Source: Akkermansia sp.
GTDB taxonomy: Bacteria; Verrucomicrobiota; Verrucomicrobiia; Verrucomicrobiales; Akkermansiaceae
Assembly: GCA_017435365.1 (NCBI GenBank)
Contig: JAFSFD010000024.1
Location: 61,282 to 125,281 of the forward strand
DNA length: 64,000 nt
Reading direction: 5' to 3'
Below the pieces are notes generated by a model, which did not search any database, was not told the DNA's origin, and saw nothing but the letters and a program-made list of their open reading frames with translations. This document shows, in pieces, positions 18,978-26,451 of this stretch (position 1 is its first letter; every line of letters starts with the position of its first letter). The position numbers and the translations under genes are program-made.

Positions 18978-19484
18978 TTATTCGCTTACCACTTCAAACG
19001 CCCTGTGTATGGTAGGCAGGGCAAAGAATTGCTGGTAGGCCTCATCCGGGAGAACGAAGGGAAAATCAGCGGCGGTGAGTTCACTGAACTGGGATTCCCG
19101 ATTCAGGCGGGTCAGATCAATTCCGCCTTTTGTGTTCCCTTGGGCATCAATCCACTCCAGTTCAATTACGTGCTTCGGATAGGCCTCCAGCGTGGCGGCC
19201 CGGCGCCGGCTCCAGGCGGTGTAGCCGTGGGTGATGACCAGGTAACGCGCGGTCTTGAACTCGTTTTCCGGCAGGGTGAATTTGTTTTCCTGCTCGCTGT
19301 GGATATACCAGCCCTGCTTGCTTTCCTTGCTGGTGTCTTTCCAGACGCGGATGCGGGCCGCCCTGGCATACAGCGCATTATCCATGCGCGCTTTCTGAAC
19401 GCGAGCGGCCACGCCCTCCATCTCCGGCGAGGTGGAGCAGGCAGTCAGCAGAATGGCAGCGCAGAGACAAAGCAGGCGGTTCAT
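18978..19484 (-). CDS. hypothetical lipoprotein
   Basis: MNRLLCLCAAILLTACS lipobox. 168 aa with no family motif. Confidence 0.5.
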   Translation of the reverse strand: MNRLLCLCAAILLTACSTSPEMEGVAARVQKARMDNALYARAARIRVWKDTSKESKQGWYIHSEQENKFTLPENEFKTARYLVITHGYTAWSRRRAATLEAYPKHVIELEWIDAQGNTKGGIDLTRLNRESQFSELTAADFPFVLPDEAYQQFFALPTIHRAFEVVSE

Positions 19485-19521
19485 GGCATTATTCTATGCT
19501 TTGCGCGGGTGTTAATCAAGC

Positions 19522-20226
19522 TTATTTCAGCGTATCATCCAGCGGAAAATCATATTGGTGGCAGGTGCCCAGGGGAGAGACGAAGTAGTGCCACCATTCC
19601 TTGCTGTAGTTTTTCATGCCGACAGAGGCCAGGGTGTCACGCAGGAGCAGGCGGTTTGCCTGCTGCTGCGGGGTGAGTCCGGCGTATTCCGTGGCGGAGC
19701 GGGCATCCAGCAGGTCGTGGCGCCCACCCATGTCCAGTTCCTTGCCGGTGCGCAGGTTGATGAGGGTGATATCCACCGCCACGCCCCAGCTGTGCTCTGA
19801 GGTGAGACCTATGTATTTGTTTTCGTAGATTCCGCGTTTGGTGATATTCGGGTAGAAGCGGGCGCGGGTGCTGTCATCATCGTTCATCGACCAGTTGTAG
19901 AAATCGCGCAGCGCGCGGTGGGGGCGGTAGGCATCCCAGACCAGCAGCCCGAGCCCTCTGGCCTCCAGTTTCTTCTGAGCTTTGGCAAGCGCCGCGGCGG
20001 CGTCCTTTCGCAGAATGGCGCGGCGGCCTGTGGTGTAGCCATCAATGGGTCGCCCCACAAAATTGTCGAAGCCGCAGTATTTCAAATCCACCTTGATGGT
20101 CGGCGCCACTTCGTCCAGATAGCAGAGTTCGTGCGGCATCCGGCCCGGGTAGACCATGAGCGCATTCTGAGCGCACTGGCAAAGCAGGAAGGGGAGAATC
20201 AGGAAGGTAAGGAATAGCTTGTTCAT
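19522..20226 (-). CDS. exported M15D (VanX/DdpX-type) D-alanyl-D-alanine dipeptidase, copy 1
   Basis: LVWDAYRPHRA, SEHSWGVAVDITL (SxHxxGxAxD zinc site) and EWWHY. The N-terminus is signal-peptide-like (LTFLILPFLLCQCAQNA). Confidence 0.85.
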   Translation of the reverse strand: MNKLFLTFLILPFLLCQCAQNALMVYPGRMPHELCYLDEVAPTIKVDLKYCGFDNFVGRPIDGYTTGRRAILRKDAAAALAKAQKKLEARGLGLLVWDAYRPHRALRDFYNWSMNDDDSTRARFYPNITKRGIYENKYIGLTSEHSWGVAVDITLINLRTGKELDMGGRHDLLDARSATEYAGLTPQQQANRLLLRDTLASVGMKNYSKEWWHYFVSPLGTCHQYDFPLDDTLK

Positions 20227-21023
20227 ATGCGGGGGATGAGGGTATCGCAGAGGGGAAAGTCGTAGCGGGTGGTATCACCTCGGTTTTTCAGGAAATAGTG
20301 CCACCATTCACGCTTGTAGTTGCGCATGCCGGCGCGGTCCATGGTGTCGCGCAGCAGCATGCGGTTGGCATGCTGTTCCGGGGTGATTCCGGTGTATCGC
20401 GTAGCGGAGCTGGGGTCGAGAAAATCGAATCCACTGCCCATATCCAGCTGGTTGCCGGTGTCCAGGTCGATGATGGTTACATCCACCGCCACGCCGAGGC
20501 TGTGTTCTGATGTGCGGCGGATATATTTTCCCTCGTAGATACCCTGCTTGGTGATATTCGGGTAGAACCGGGTTTTCATCCTTTCATCAGCCGTGAGCGA
20601 CCAGTCGAAGAAATCCTGCATGGCGCGGTGGGGGCGATACGCATCCCACACCAGCAGTCCCAGCCCCTTGGTGTTCAGCTCTGCCTGGGCGCGTCTGAGA
20701 CATTCTGCCGTGTCACGGCGCACAATGGCGCGGCGCCCTGTGGTGTATCCGGCAATAGGTCGTCCCACAAAATTATCATTCCCGCAGTAGCGCAAATCCA
20801 CCTTGATTCCCGGCACTGCTTCATCCAGGTAGCAGAGTTCGGCGGGCATGTAGAGGGAGCCTTCGCCATTCTCAATCCTGTGTACGCGGATTTTCCGGGC
20901 TGGTGGGGCCGGTCTGGCGTTGCCGGACGCGGCGGGTGCTGGCTGTGGCGGCACAGGTGCTTCCTGCCGGGCGCAATGGCTCAGCAGCGCAATCAGCACG
21001 AGAATCGGAAACAGCTTGCTCAC
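20223..21023 (-). CDS. exported M15D (VanX/DdpX-type) D-alanyl-D-alanine dipeptidase, copy 2
   Basis: Paralogue of the 19522..20226 gene with the same motifs (LVWDAYRPHRA, SEHSLGVAVDVTI, EWWHY). It has a signal peptide and a Pro/Ala-rich linker. Its stop overlaps the copy-1 start by 4 nt. Confidence 0.85.
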   Translation of the reverse strand: MSKLFPILVLIALLSHCARQEAPVPPQPAPAASGNARPAPPARKIRVHRIENGEGSLYMPAELCYLDEAVPGIKVDLRYCGNDNFVGRPIAGYTTGRRAIVRRDTAECLRRAQAELNTKGLGLLVWDAYRPHRAMQDFFDWSLTADERMKTRFYPNITKQGIYEGKYIRRTSEHSLGVAVDVTIIDLDTGNQLDMGSGFDFLDPSSATRYTGITPEQHANRMLLRDTMDRAGMRNYKREWWHYFLKNRGDTTRYDFPLCDTLIPRI

Positions 21024-21078
21024 AACCGCATTGTAACACGCTTTGGCGGTTTATCAAGCCTGACCGCGATTTTTCTGC

Positions 21079-21106
21079 TTGCCTGTTGTGCCCGCTGTGT
21101 TAGAAT
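21079..21106 (+). promoter_or_regulatory. promoter of cytochrome c peroxidase gene (TTGCCT-16-TAGAAT; ~30-nt leader)
   Basis: TTGCCTgttgtgcccgctgtgtTAGAAT. Unlike many others here, this one leaves a leader. Confidence 0.4.
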
Positions 21107-21136
21107 AGCAATGTTGACACCTTTCTCCAAGATAAA

Positions 21137-22582
21137 ATGAACAAGAAGTCTTCCATCTGGAAATACGTGCTGATTCTGGCCGCCACCGGCGTGGTGGCTA
21201 CGGTCGGCGGCAAAATCTCGCAGGGCATCGTGGATTCCATGCATGAATCCACCCAGCTGCCGCCCATGGAACCCGCCACGGCCGATGCCGTGGCCAGGGA
21301 GGTGCTGAATCTGAAGTGTGCAGCCTGTCATGCACAGGATGCCACCTACAGCAAGTTCCTCAACTTTTTCTCCTTGGGCCTCATGCGCGACCATGTGGAA
21401 GGAGCCAAGCGCTCCTTTACCCTGACGCCCGATAGCAGCATACGTTCCGGCAATGTAGACTACCTGAAGATGGACTATGTGCTGCGCACGCGCCGCATGC
21501 CTCCGGCATCGTACAGCGCTGTGCATTTCGGATCGCGCCTCACGCCGTTTGATGTAGCAGTGCTGCGCCAGAAGTACAAGGAAAGCGGAGCAGCGGCCCG
21601 CACCTTTGCTCCCATTGCTCCGGCGGTGGCTCCTGCTTCTGAACTGGAAGCTGCCCGCATCTATCTGGGGTATCTGCTGTACCATGATGGCCGGCTTTCC
21701 ACCAATAATCAGGTTTCCTGCTCCTCCTGCCACGACCTTACCCGGGGCGGCACGGATAATCTGCCCAAATCTGAAGGCGTACCCGGCCCGGATGGCCTGC
21801 CGCAGCTTGGCGGTGTGAATGCTCCCACCAACCTGAACGCAGCCGGCCACATCCGTCAGTTCTGGGATGGCCGTGCCGCAGACCTCAAGGAACAGGCCGG
21901 AGGTCCGCCCCTGAACCCTGTGGAAATGGGCTTCGCCTGTGTCGCAGACTGGGATATCATTGCCCACAAGCTTTCCAATGATCCGGAAATTGAAGCTCTC
22001 TTTGCCTATGTGTTCGGGGACCGTGGCATCAATGCTGATACTATCACTACCGCCATTGCTGCCTATGAGCAGACCCTCGTGACTCCGGATTCTGCATTTG
22101 ACCGCTACTTGAAAGGCGATGAGAAGGCCCTGACCGACACGCAGAAAGCCGGCATGAAGGCCTTTGTGGACCTGGGGTGCGCCACTTGCCACAGCGGCCC
22201 GGCGCTGGGCGGTATCAGCTTTGAGTATATCAACACGCATGCCGATCTGCGAGCCCTGGCCACCCCGTCCGATTACAAGGAAGGAGCCTTCGGCCTTCGT
22301 GATTTCACAAAGAAGGAAGAGCACAAGGATATGTTCCGCGTGCCCACCCTGCGCAATGTGGCCCTCACAGCGCCCTACTTCCATACCGGCTCCGTGAACA
22401 GCCTGCAGGAAGCCGTCAGCATCATGATGAAGACCCAGAACGGCGCCGGCCTGAACAACGAGGAAACGGCAAAGAATATCACGCGCTTCCTGGAAGCCCA
22501 GACCGGCAAGCTCTACGGTAAGCCCGCCAACGCCCTCCGGCCCGAGGACGTGAAGCTGAAGCCCGTGATTCCGCAGTCATGA
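21137..22582 (+). CDS. cytochrome c peroxidase (CCP/MauG family) with extra N-terminal haem c site
   Basis: Three CxxCH sites (CAACH, CSSCH, CATCH), an N-terminal TM anchor and FRVPTLRNVALTAPYFHTG, which is typical of bacterial di-haem CCPs. Confidence 0.87.
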   Translation: MNKKSSIWKYVLILAATGVVATVGGKISQGIVDSMHESTQLPPMEPATADAVAREVLNLKCAACHAQDATYSKFLNFFSLGLMRDHVEGAKRSFTLTPDSSIRSGNVDYLKMDYVLRTRRMPPASYSAVHFGSRLTPFDVAVLRQKYKESGAAARTFAPIAPAVAPASELEAARIYLGYLLYHDGRLSTNNQVSCSSCHDLTRGGTDNLPKSEGVPGPDGLPQLGGVNAPTNLNAAGHIRQFWDGRAADLKEQAGGPPLNPVEMGFACVADWDIIAHKLSNDPEIEALFAYVFGDRGINADTITTAIAAYEQTLVTPDSAFDRYLKGDEKALTDTQKAGMKAFVDLGCATCHSGPALGGISFEYINTHADLRALATPSDYKEGAFGLRDFTKKEEHKDMFRVPTLRNVALTAPYFHTGSVNSLQEAVSIMMKTQNGAGLNNEETAKNITRFLEAQTGKLYGKPANALRPEDVKLKPVIPQS

Positions 22583-23355
22583 TTCGCTTTTCCGTGCTGG
22601 CCAGCAGCAGCCGGGGCAATGCCACCGTCATTTCCGGCGGTGGCACCCACGTGCTGGTAGATACCGGCATCTCCGCTCTGCGCATCCGCAAGGGGCTGGT
22701 GGAGTGTGGTTTGCACGATTCGGAAATATCCGGCGTATTCTTCACGCACGAGCACCAGGACCATGTGTGCGGTCTCGGCGTGCTTTCCAAAAAACGTGCT
22801 CTCAACCTCTATTGCAGCCGTTATCTCGCCAGGGATTTGCGCGGCATGGCACCCAACGGTGTATTCACGTATCTGGAACCGGGGCAGACCGTGCAGGTGG
22901 GCGCCCTGAGCGTCACCCCCTTCTGCGTGAGTCACGATGCGGTGGACCCGCTGGGTTACGTCTTCGAATGCGAGGGGGTGCGGCTGGGCTATGTGACGGA
23001 CACCGGCATCATCATGCGCGAAATGCCCGCTATGCTGGCGGGGGTGCAGGGACTCTACCTTGAATCCAACTACGACCAGGAGATGCTGGATAACAGCGGC
23101 CGCACACCGGACCTCATCCGCCGCATCTCCGGCCGCTGGGGGCATCTTTCCAACGCGCAGGCCTGCGATTTCGTCCGCACCATCGGCCACCAGGGCTTGC
23201 AGCACCTCGTTCTGGCTCACATCAGCCCCGAGTGCAACACCCCCGCCAAGGCTACCGCAGCCATGCGCGCCACTCTCGATGAGCTTCAGCTCCCCACCAC
23301 CTTGCACTGCGCCGCCATGGCCACCCGCCTGGATTGGATTGAGCTCACCGCCTGA
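22579..23355 (+). CDS. MBL-fold metallo-hydrolase
   Basis: FTHEHQDHVCGL (HxHxDH). 258 aa. ATGA overlap with the ccp stop. Confidence 0.8.
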   Translation: MIRFSVLASSSRGNATVISGGGTHVLVDTGISALRIRKGLVECGLHDSEISGVFFTHEHQDHVCGLGVLSKKRALNLYCSRYLARDLRGMAPNGVFTYLEPGQTVQVGALSVTPFCVSHDAVDPLGYVFECEGVRLGYVTDTGIIMREMPAMLAGVQGLYLESNYDQEMLDNSGRTPDLIRRISGRWGHLSNAQACDFVRTIGHQGLQHLVLAHISPECNTPAKATAAMRATLDELQLPTTLHCAAMATRLDWIELTA

Positions 23356-23516
23356 CAAAGACCCCTTTTGCTCAGTATGTAATCCCTGACCGCTCAGCGC
23401 CATCCGAGTCGGCAGATCCAGATATTGTCTTCCTGACCACCTTCGCAGGTTATATCCCTGCGCAGCACCGCAGCGCGCTTACTTTAAATTACTTCGTAAT
23501 TCGTAACTCATAATTC

Positions 23517-23910
23517 GGGGACTTCTAAAAACTCACTAAATGGGAATTTGGCGAGCAGTTGGTGAGCCGCAGGCGAACGGAATTCCGAGCCCGTTTCACG
23601 GGCGACATATCCATAGCGAGTGGTGGAGCTGCGTCAGCAGCGAAACCACTTGTAAACGAAAAAACGATCAGAGCCCCGACGTCAGGAGTGAGCGGCAGAA
23701 GGCGTGGTATCAATATATTGCATCGCTTTCTGTCACCCCGACCTTCGTCGGGGTTCCGGTATCTTTTTGGGTTGTACGAGTGGTTCCGCCCGCCACGCTG
23801 ACGCGTGTCGCGCTCCACCACTCGCTATGGATATGTCGCCCTGACGGGCTCAAAATTCCTCGGGCTTTCAGCCCGCCAAATTCCAATTTAGTGAGTTTTT
23901 AGAAGTCCCC
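23517..23910. mobile_element. 394-bp MITE-like / long imperfect hairpin element
   Basis: The outer arms are ggggacttctaaaaactcactaaatgggaatttggcg (23517-) and its reverse complement cgccaaattccaatttagtgagtttttagaagtcccc (-23910). Pairing continues inward (gggcgacatatccatagcgagtggtggagc / gctccaccactcgctatggatatgtcgccc; gcgaaaccacttgtaaac / gttgtacgagtggttccgc). It shares the aaattccaattt / atttggcgagc motifs with the 35.1/38.3-kb repeats. Confidence 0.6.
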
Positions 23911-23928
23911 AATTCGTAATTCCAGATG

Positions 23929-24954
23929 CTACGCTGCCAATTGTCCCCGGCATTCCCAGAAAGCTTTCGCATTCATCACAGCCCTCTGGTCCACATAGCG
24001 CGTTCGCAGCAGCGTAGCATCCCGGTGTCCAATCTCCACCTGCAGCTCCGCATAGCTGCGGAAATGGCTCAGGTGATAACTCGCGTATGTATGCCTTAAC
24101 GCATCCTGCGGCCAGGGGTGAGCGGGGGAGTCCCACCCAGCTGCCCGGCGCAGCTCCCGCCAGTGCCACAGCCAGTTCGGCGGGCATATCCTTTCACCGT
24201 TTCCTCGCCGGTGTGCCCGCAGAATCCGCAGCAGGGGCTTGTGAATCGTCACCCGCCGCGCGCCGCCTGTCTTGCTATGCTGCGGCAGAATATAAATCGC
24301 CCGTTCTCGCAAATCCACCTGCGCCCAGGTGAGCCGCGCCACCTCGTGCGGGCGGATTCCGGCATAAAGCATCATCCCCACCGCCGCCGCGCAGCTGCCG
24401 TTCCGGTAGACCTCCGCCGACTGCCGCAAGTCCTTAATCTCCTGCGGCGAAAGAATCGGCACCTGCTTCTCCACCACTCGCGGGGCTTTCACCCGTGCCA
24501 CCGGATTTTCGCTGCACCAGCCCCGCTTCACTGCCGTGCCGAATACCCCGCTGAGGATTAAGCGCGCCTTCTGCCGCTGCCGTGGCGTGTCAAAGGCCAT
24601 CTCAATATACTGCGCACACTCCTGCGGCGTAATCGCCCGCACCCGCCGCCGCGCCAATCCCGGACACCGCTTCATAAACCTCTGCGTAAAATACCGGAAA
24701 TCATACACCGTCCGCGTCCGTCTGTCTTTCCGTGCTTCCAGCGCAGCTTTCACTGCTTTTTCAAATGTTACCGTTTTCTCCTGCTGCTGTAGGGCTTTTT
24801 CTCCTTCCTGCAGGCATCGGAGAGTCCTCTTTATTTTTCCGTGACCAGTTTTTAATGCCGTGCAAGTCAATTGCGCAGCTTCCAGAATCGGTACCCCGCA
24901 GTTTTTCAATAAGGTAAGTGCGGCGTTTTCGTTTTCGGATATTTCGATTTTCAT
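23929..24954 (-). CDS. tyrosine-type site-specific recombinase / integrase
   Basis: The C-terminal catalytic region has ...RRVTIH...LRHTYASYHL...GHRDATLLRTRYV (R..H-x-x-R..Y pattern). 341 aa. Confidence 0.9.
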   Translation of the reverse strand: MKIEISENENAALTLLKNCGVPILEAAQLTCTALKTGHGKIKRTLRCLQEGEKALQQQEKTVTFEKAVKAALEARKDRRTRTVYDFRYFTQRFMKRCPGLARRRVRAITPQECAQYIEMAFDTPRQRQKARLILSGVFGTAVKRGWCSENPVARVKAPRVVEKQVPILSPQEIKDLRQSAEVYRNGSCAAAVGMMLYAGIRPHEVARLTWAQVDLRERAIYILPQHSKTGGARRVTIHKPLLRILRAHRRGNGERICPPNWLWHWRELRRAAGWDSPAHPWPQDALRHTYASYHLSHFRSYAELQVEIGHRDATLLRTRYVDQRAVMNAKAFWECRGQLAA

Positions 24955-25071
24955 GCTTGACTTTTATGTAAATAGTTGCTTAAATGCCCTCAGACAAGCC
25001 TCCCCCGCTTAGGGTTGGAATCCGTTGATTCCTTCAACTGCGCACATGGGGAGGTGTTTTTGTGTTTACTT

Positions 25072-26052
25072 ATGCAATATTTCAAGCCTCATCTTTCGTA
25101 TGAACAGCAGGCGAACCTCTTGATATCCCGAGGTCTCGTTGCAGATTATGCTGAGCTGGTACAGAGGCTGCAAAACGTTGGTTATTACCGCCTGAGTGCT
25201 TATTGGCATCCGTTTCGTCAACGCGATGCTGCCGGAAATGTCCTTTCTTCGCTTGTGCCCGGAACCACTTTGGCCCGGGTCTGGCTTTTGTACCGTTTTG
25301 ACAGAGATTTGCGTTTGCTTATTCTGGATGCCATTGAGCGTATAGAGGTTGCTCTTCGTAGTCGCCTTGCCAATTCTCATACAAAAGGACAAAGCCCTTT
25401 TGCCTATGCTTCTGCATCTTACTTCCCTCATTGGCGGGATTATCTGCAAAAATGGGATCGCGTACGAATAAAGCGGGATCGTCAGGGCCGCGTTATCATG
25501 CGAGGAATTGAATTCCTTGATCATTTTTATAGTAAGTATGGGGATTGTCACGATTATCCTCCTCTCTGGATGTCGATAGCCTTGGCCGAAATGGGGTTTG
25601 TTGCCTATTTTTATGATTATTCTGATAAAAGTATCAGGGGCGCCATTGCCAAGGAATGGAAGTTGAAAGTGGCAACATTGTCCTCTTGGCTTCACTCGCT
25701 CAACATTGTCCGGAATGACTGTGCTCACCATGCCCGGGTTTGGAATAAAGAATATTACCTGAAGCCTCATCTTCCTTCGTATTCTGAAGATAAATTGTGG
25801 TATTACTTCTTTTCTCCTAAAATTAGCAAATGGGTGGCACCGCCATCTCCCGGAAAAGCGCAACTTATTCTCGCCCCCGGCAGCGTAGCAAGTATTCTCT
25901 TCATTTGTCGCCGTTTGCTTCGTTGCGTGGCTCCTACATCGCATTGGCATCAGCGTGTTGAAAAGATGCTTCATTCCTATGCTGCACAAGGTGTTGACCT
26001 TGCTAAAACAGGCCTTCCTGCATATTGGGAGCAACATCCCCTCTGGAAATAG
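25072..26052 (+). CDS. Abi_2 (AbiD/AbiF-like) abortive-infection family protein
   Basis: MQYFKPHLSYEQQANLLISRGL..., YYRLSAYWHPF and LNIVRNDCAHHARVWN are hallmarks of the Abi-like family as I recall it. The track start at 24976 is TTG, so I prefer the ATG at 25072. The gene is AT-richer than the flanks. Confidence 0.78.
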   Translation: MQYFKPHLSYEQQANLLISRGLVADYAELVQRLQNVGYYRLSAYWHPFRQRDAAGNVLSSLVPGTTLARVWLLYRFDRDLRLLILDAIERIEVALRSRLANSHTKGQSPFAYASASYFPHWRDYLQKWDRVRIKRDRQGRVIMRGIEFLDHFYSKYGDCHDYPPLWMSIALAEMGFVAYFYDYSDKSIRGAIAKEWKLKVATLSSWLHSLNIVRNDCAHHARVWNKEYYLKPHLPSYSEDKLWYYFFSPKISKWVAPPSPGKAQLILAPGSVASILFICRRLLRCVAPTSHWHQRVEKMLHSYAAQGVDLAKTGLPAYWEQHPLWK

Positions 26053-26056
26053 TTTC

Positions 26057-26271
26057 TCAGTGTGTGCTGACGCGCGCTTCAATGCCCTGAGCGCTGTAGT
26101 TTCGGAAGCGCGAACCTCGCCGTAGGCAGAAAGGTTTCCATTCTGACGATGCCGGGCGCCGCCTGCTTCCAACGCTGTTTTTGCAAGCATAGCTGCATCC
26201 AGGATAGATATTCCCGTACTTCGTAATATGGCCAGCGCCGCCTGTTCTATATTCTGTTCGTTGTTCATCAT
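26057..26271 (-). pseudogene. relic of a second integrase (N-terminal ~40-70 aa only)
   Basis: MMNNEQNIEQAALAILRSTGISILDAAMLAKTALEAGG aligns by eye with the integrase N-terminus ENENAALTLLKNCGVPILEAAQLTCTALKTGHG. Similarity is then lost and the frame simply reads through antisense to the Abi gene (track ORF 25066..26352). Confidence 0.45.
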
Positions 26272-26275
26272 TGCT

Positions 26276-26437
26276 CGCTTTCGGAATCCGTAAGTCAAGC
26301 ATACAAACTGTTTTATTTCGAGAAAATTGCGATACCCGGCACATCGTTTCATTATATGCTGGGGTTATAGTCTCATAAGCTGTTATTATCTGAACGTCAA
26401 ACCTAATCAAGGACACCTATTACGGATTCCGAAAGCG
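26276..26437. repeat. perfect 17-bp inverted repeat pair flanking an AT-rich 128-bp spacer
   Basis: cgctttcggaatccgta (26276-26292) and tacggattccgaaagcg (26421-26437). They lie in the divergent region between the integrase relic and the 26452 gene. Confidence 0.6.
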
Positions 26438-26451
26438 TAGAATGTCGGTGC

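Noticed and set aside
23517-23910. Hairpin element as a retron msr/msd, a tRNA/tmRNA att site or a protein-coding region
   Set aside because: There is no reverse transcriptase gene nearby. I could not find a tRNA-like acceptor or T-arm (GGTTCGAATCC-type) sequence in 23356-23928. The three track ORFs inside it are mirror images created by the inverted repeats.
25066-26352. 428-aa minus-strand ORF spanning the Abi-like gene
   Set aside because: Only its first ~40-70 codons (26057-26271) resemble anything, namely the integrase N-terminus. The rest is read-through antisense to a well-supported + strand Abi_2-like gene. I treat it as a relic plus a spurious extension.
26057-26416. 119-aa minus-strand ORF in the islet intergenic region
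   Set aside because: It is in a different frame from the integrase-like relic, has no motif, and crosses the AT-rich control region and the 17-bp repeat. It is probably a chance ORF.
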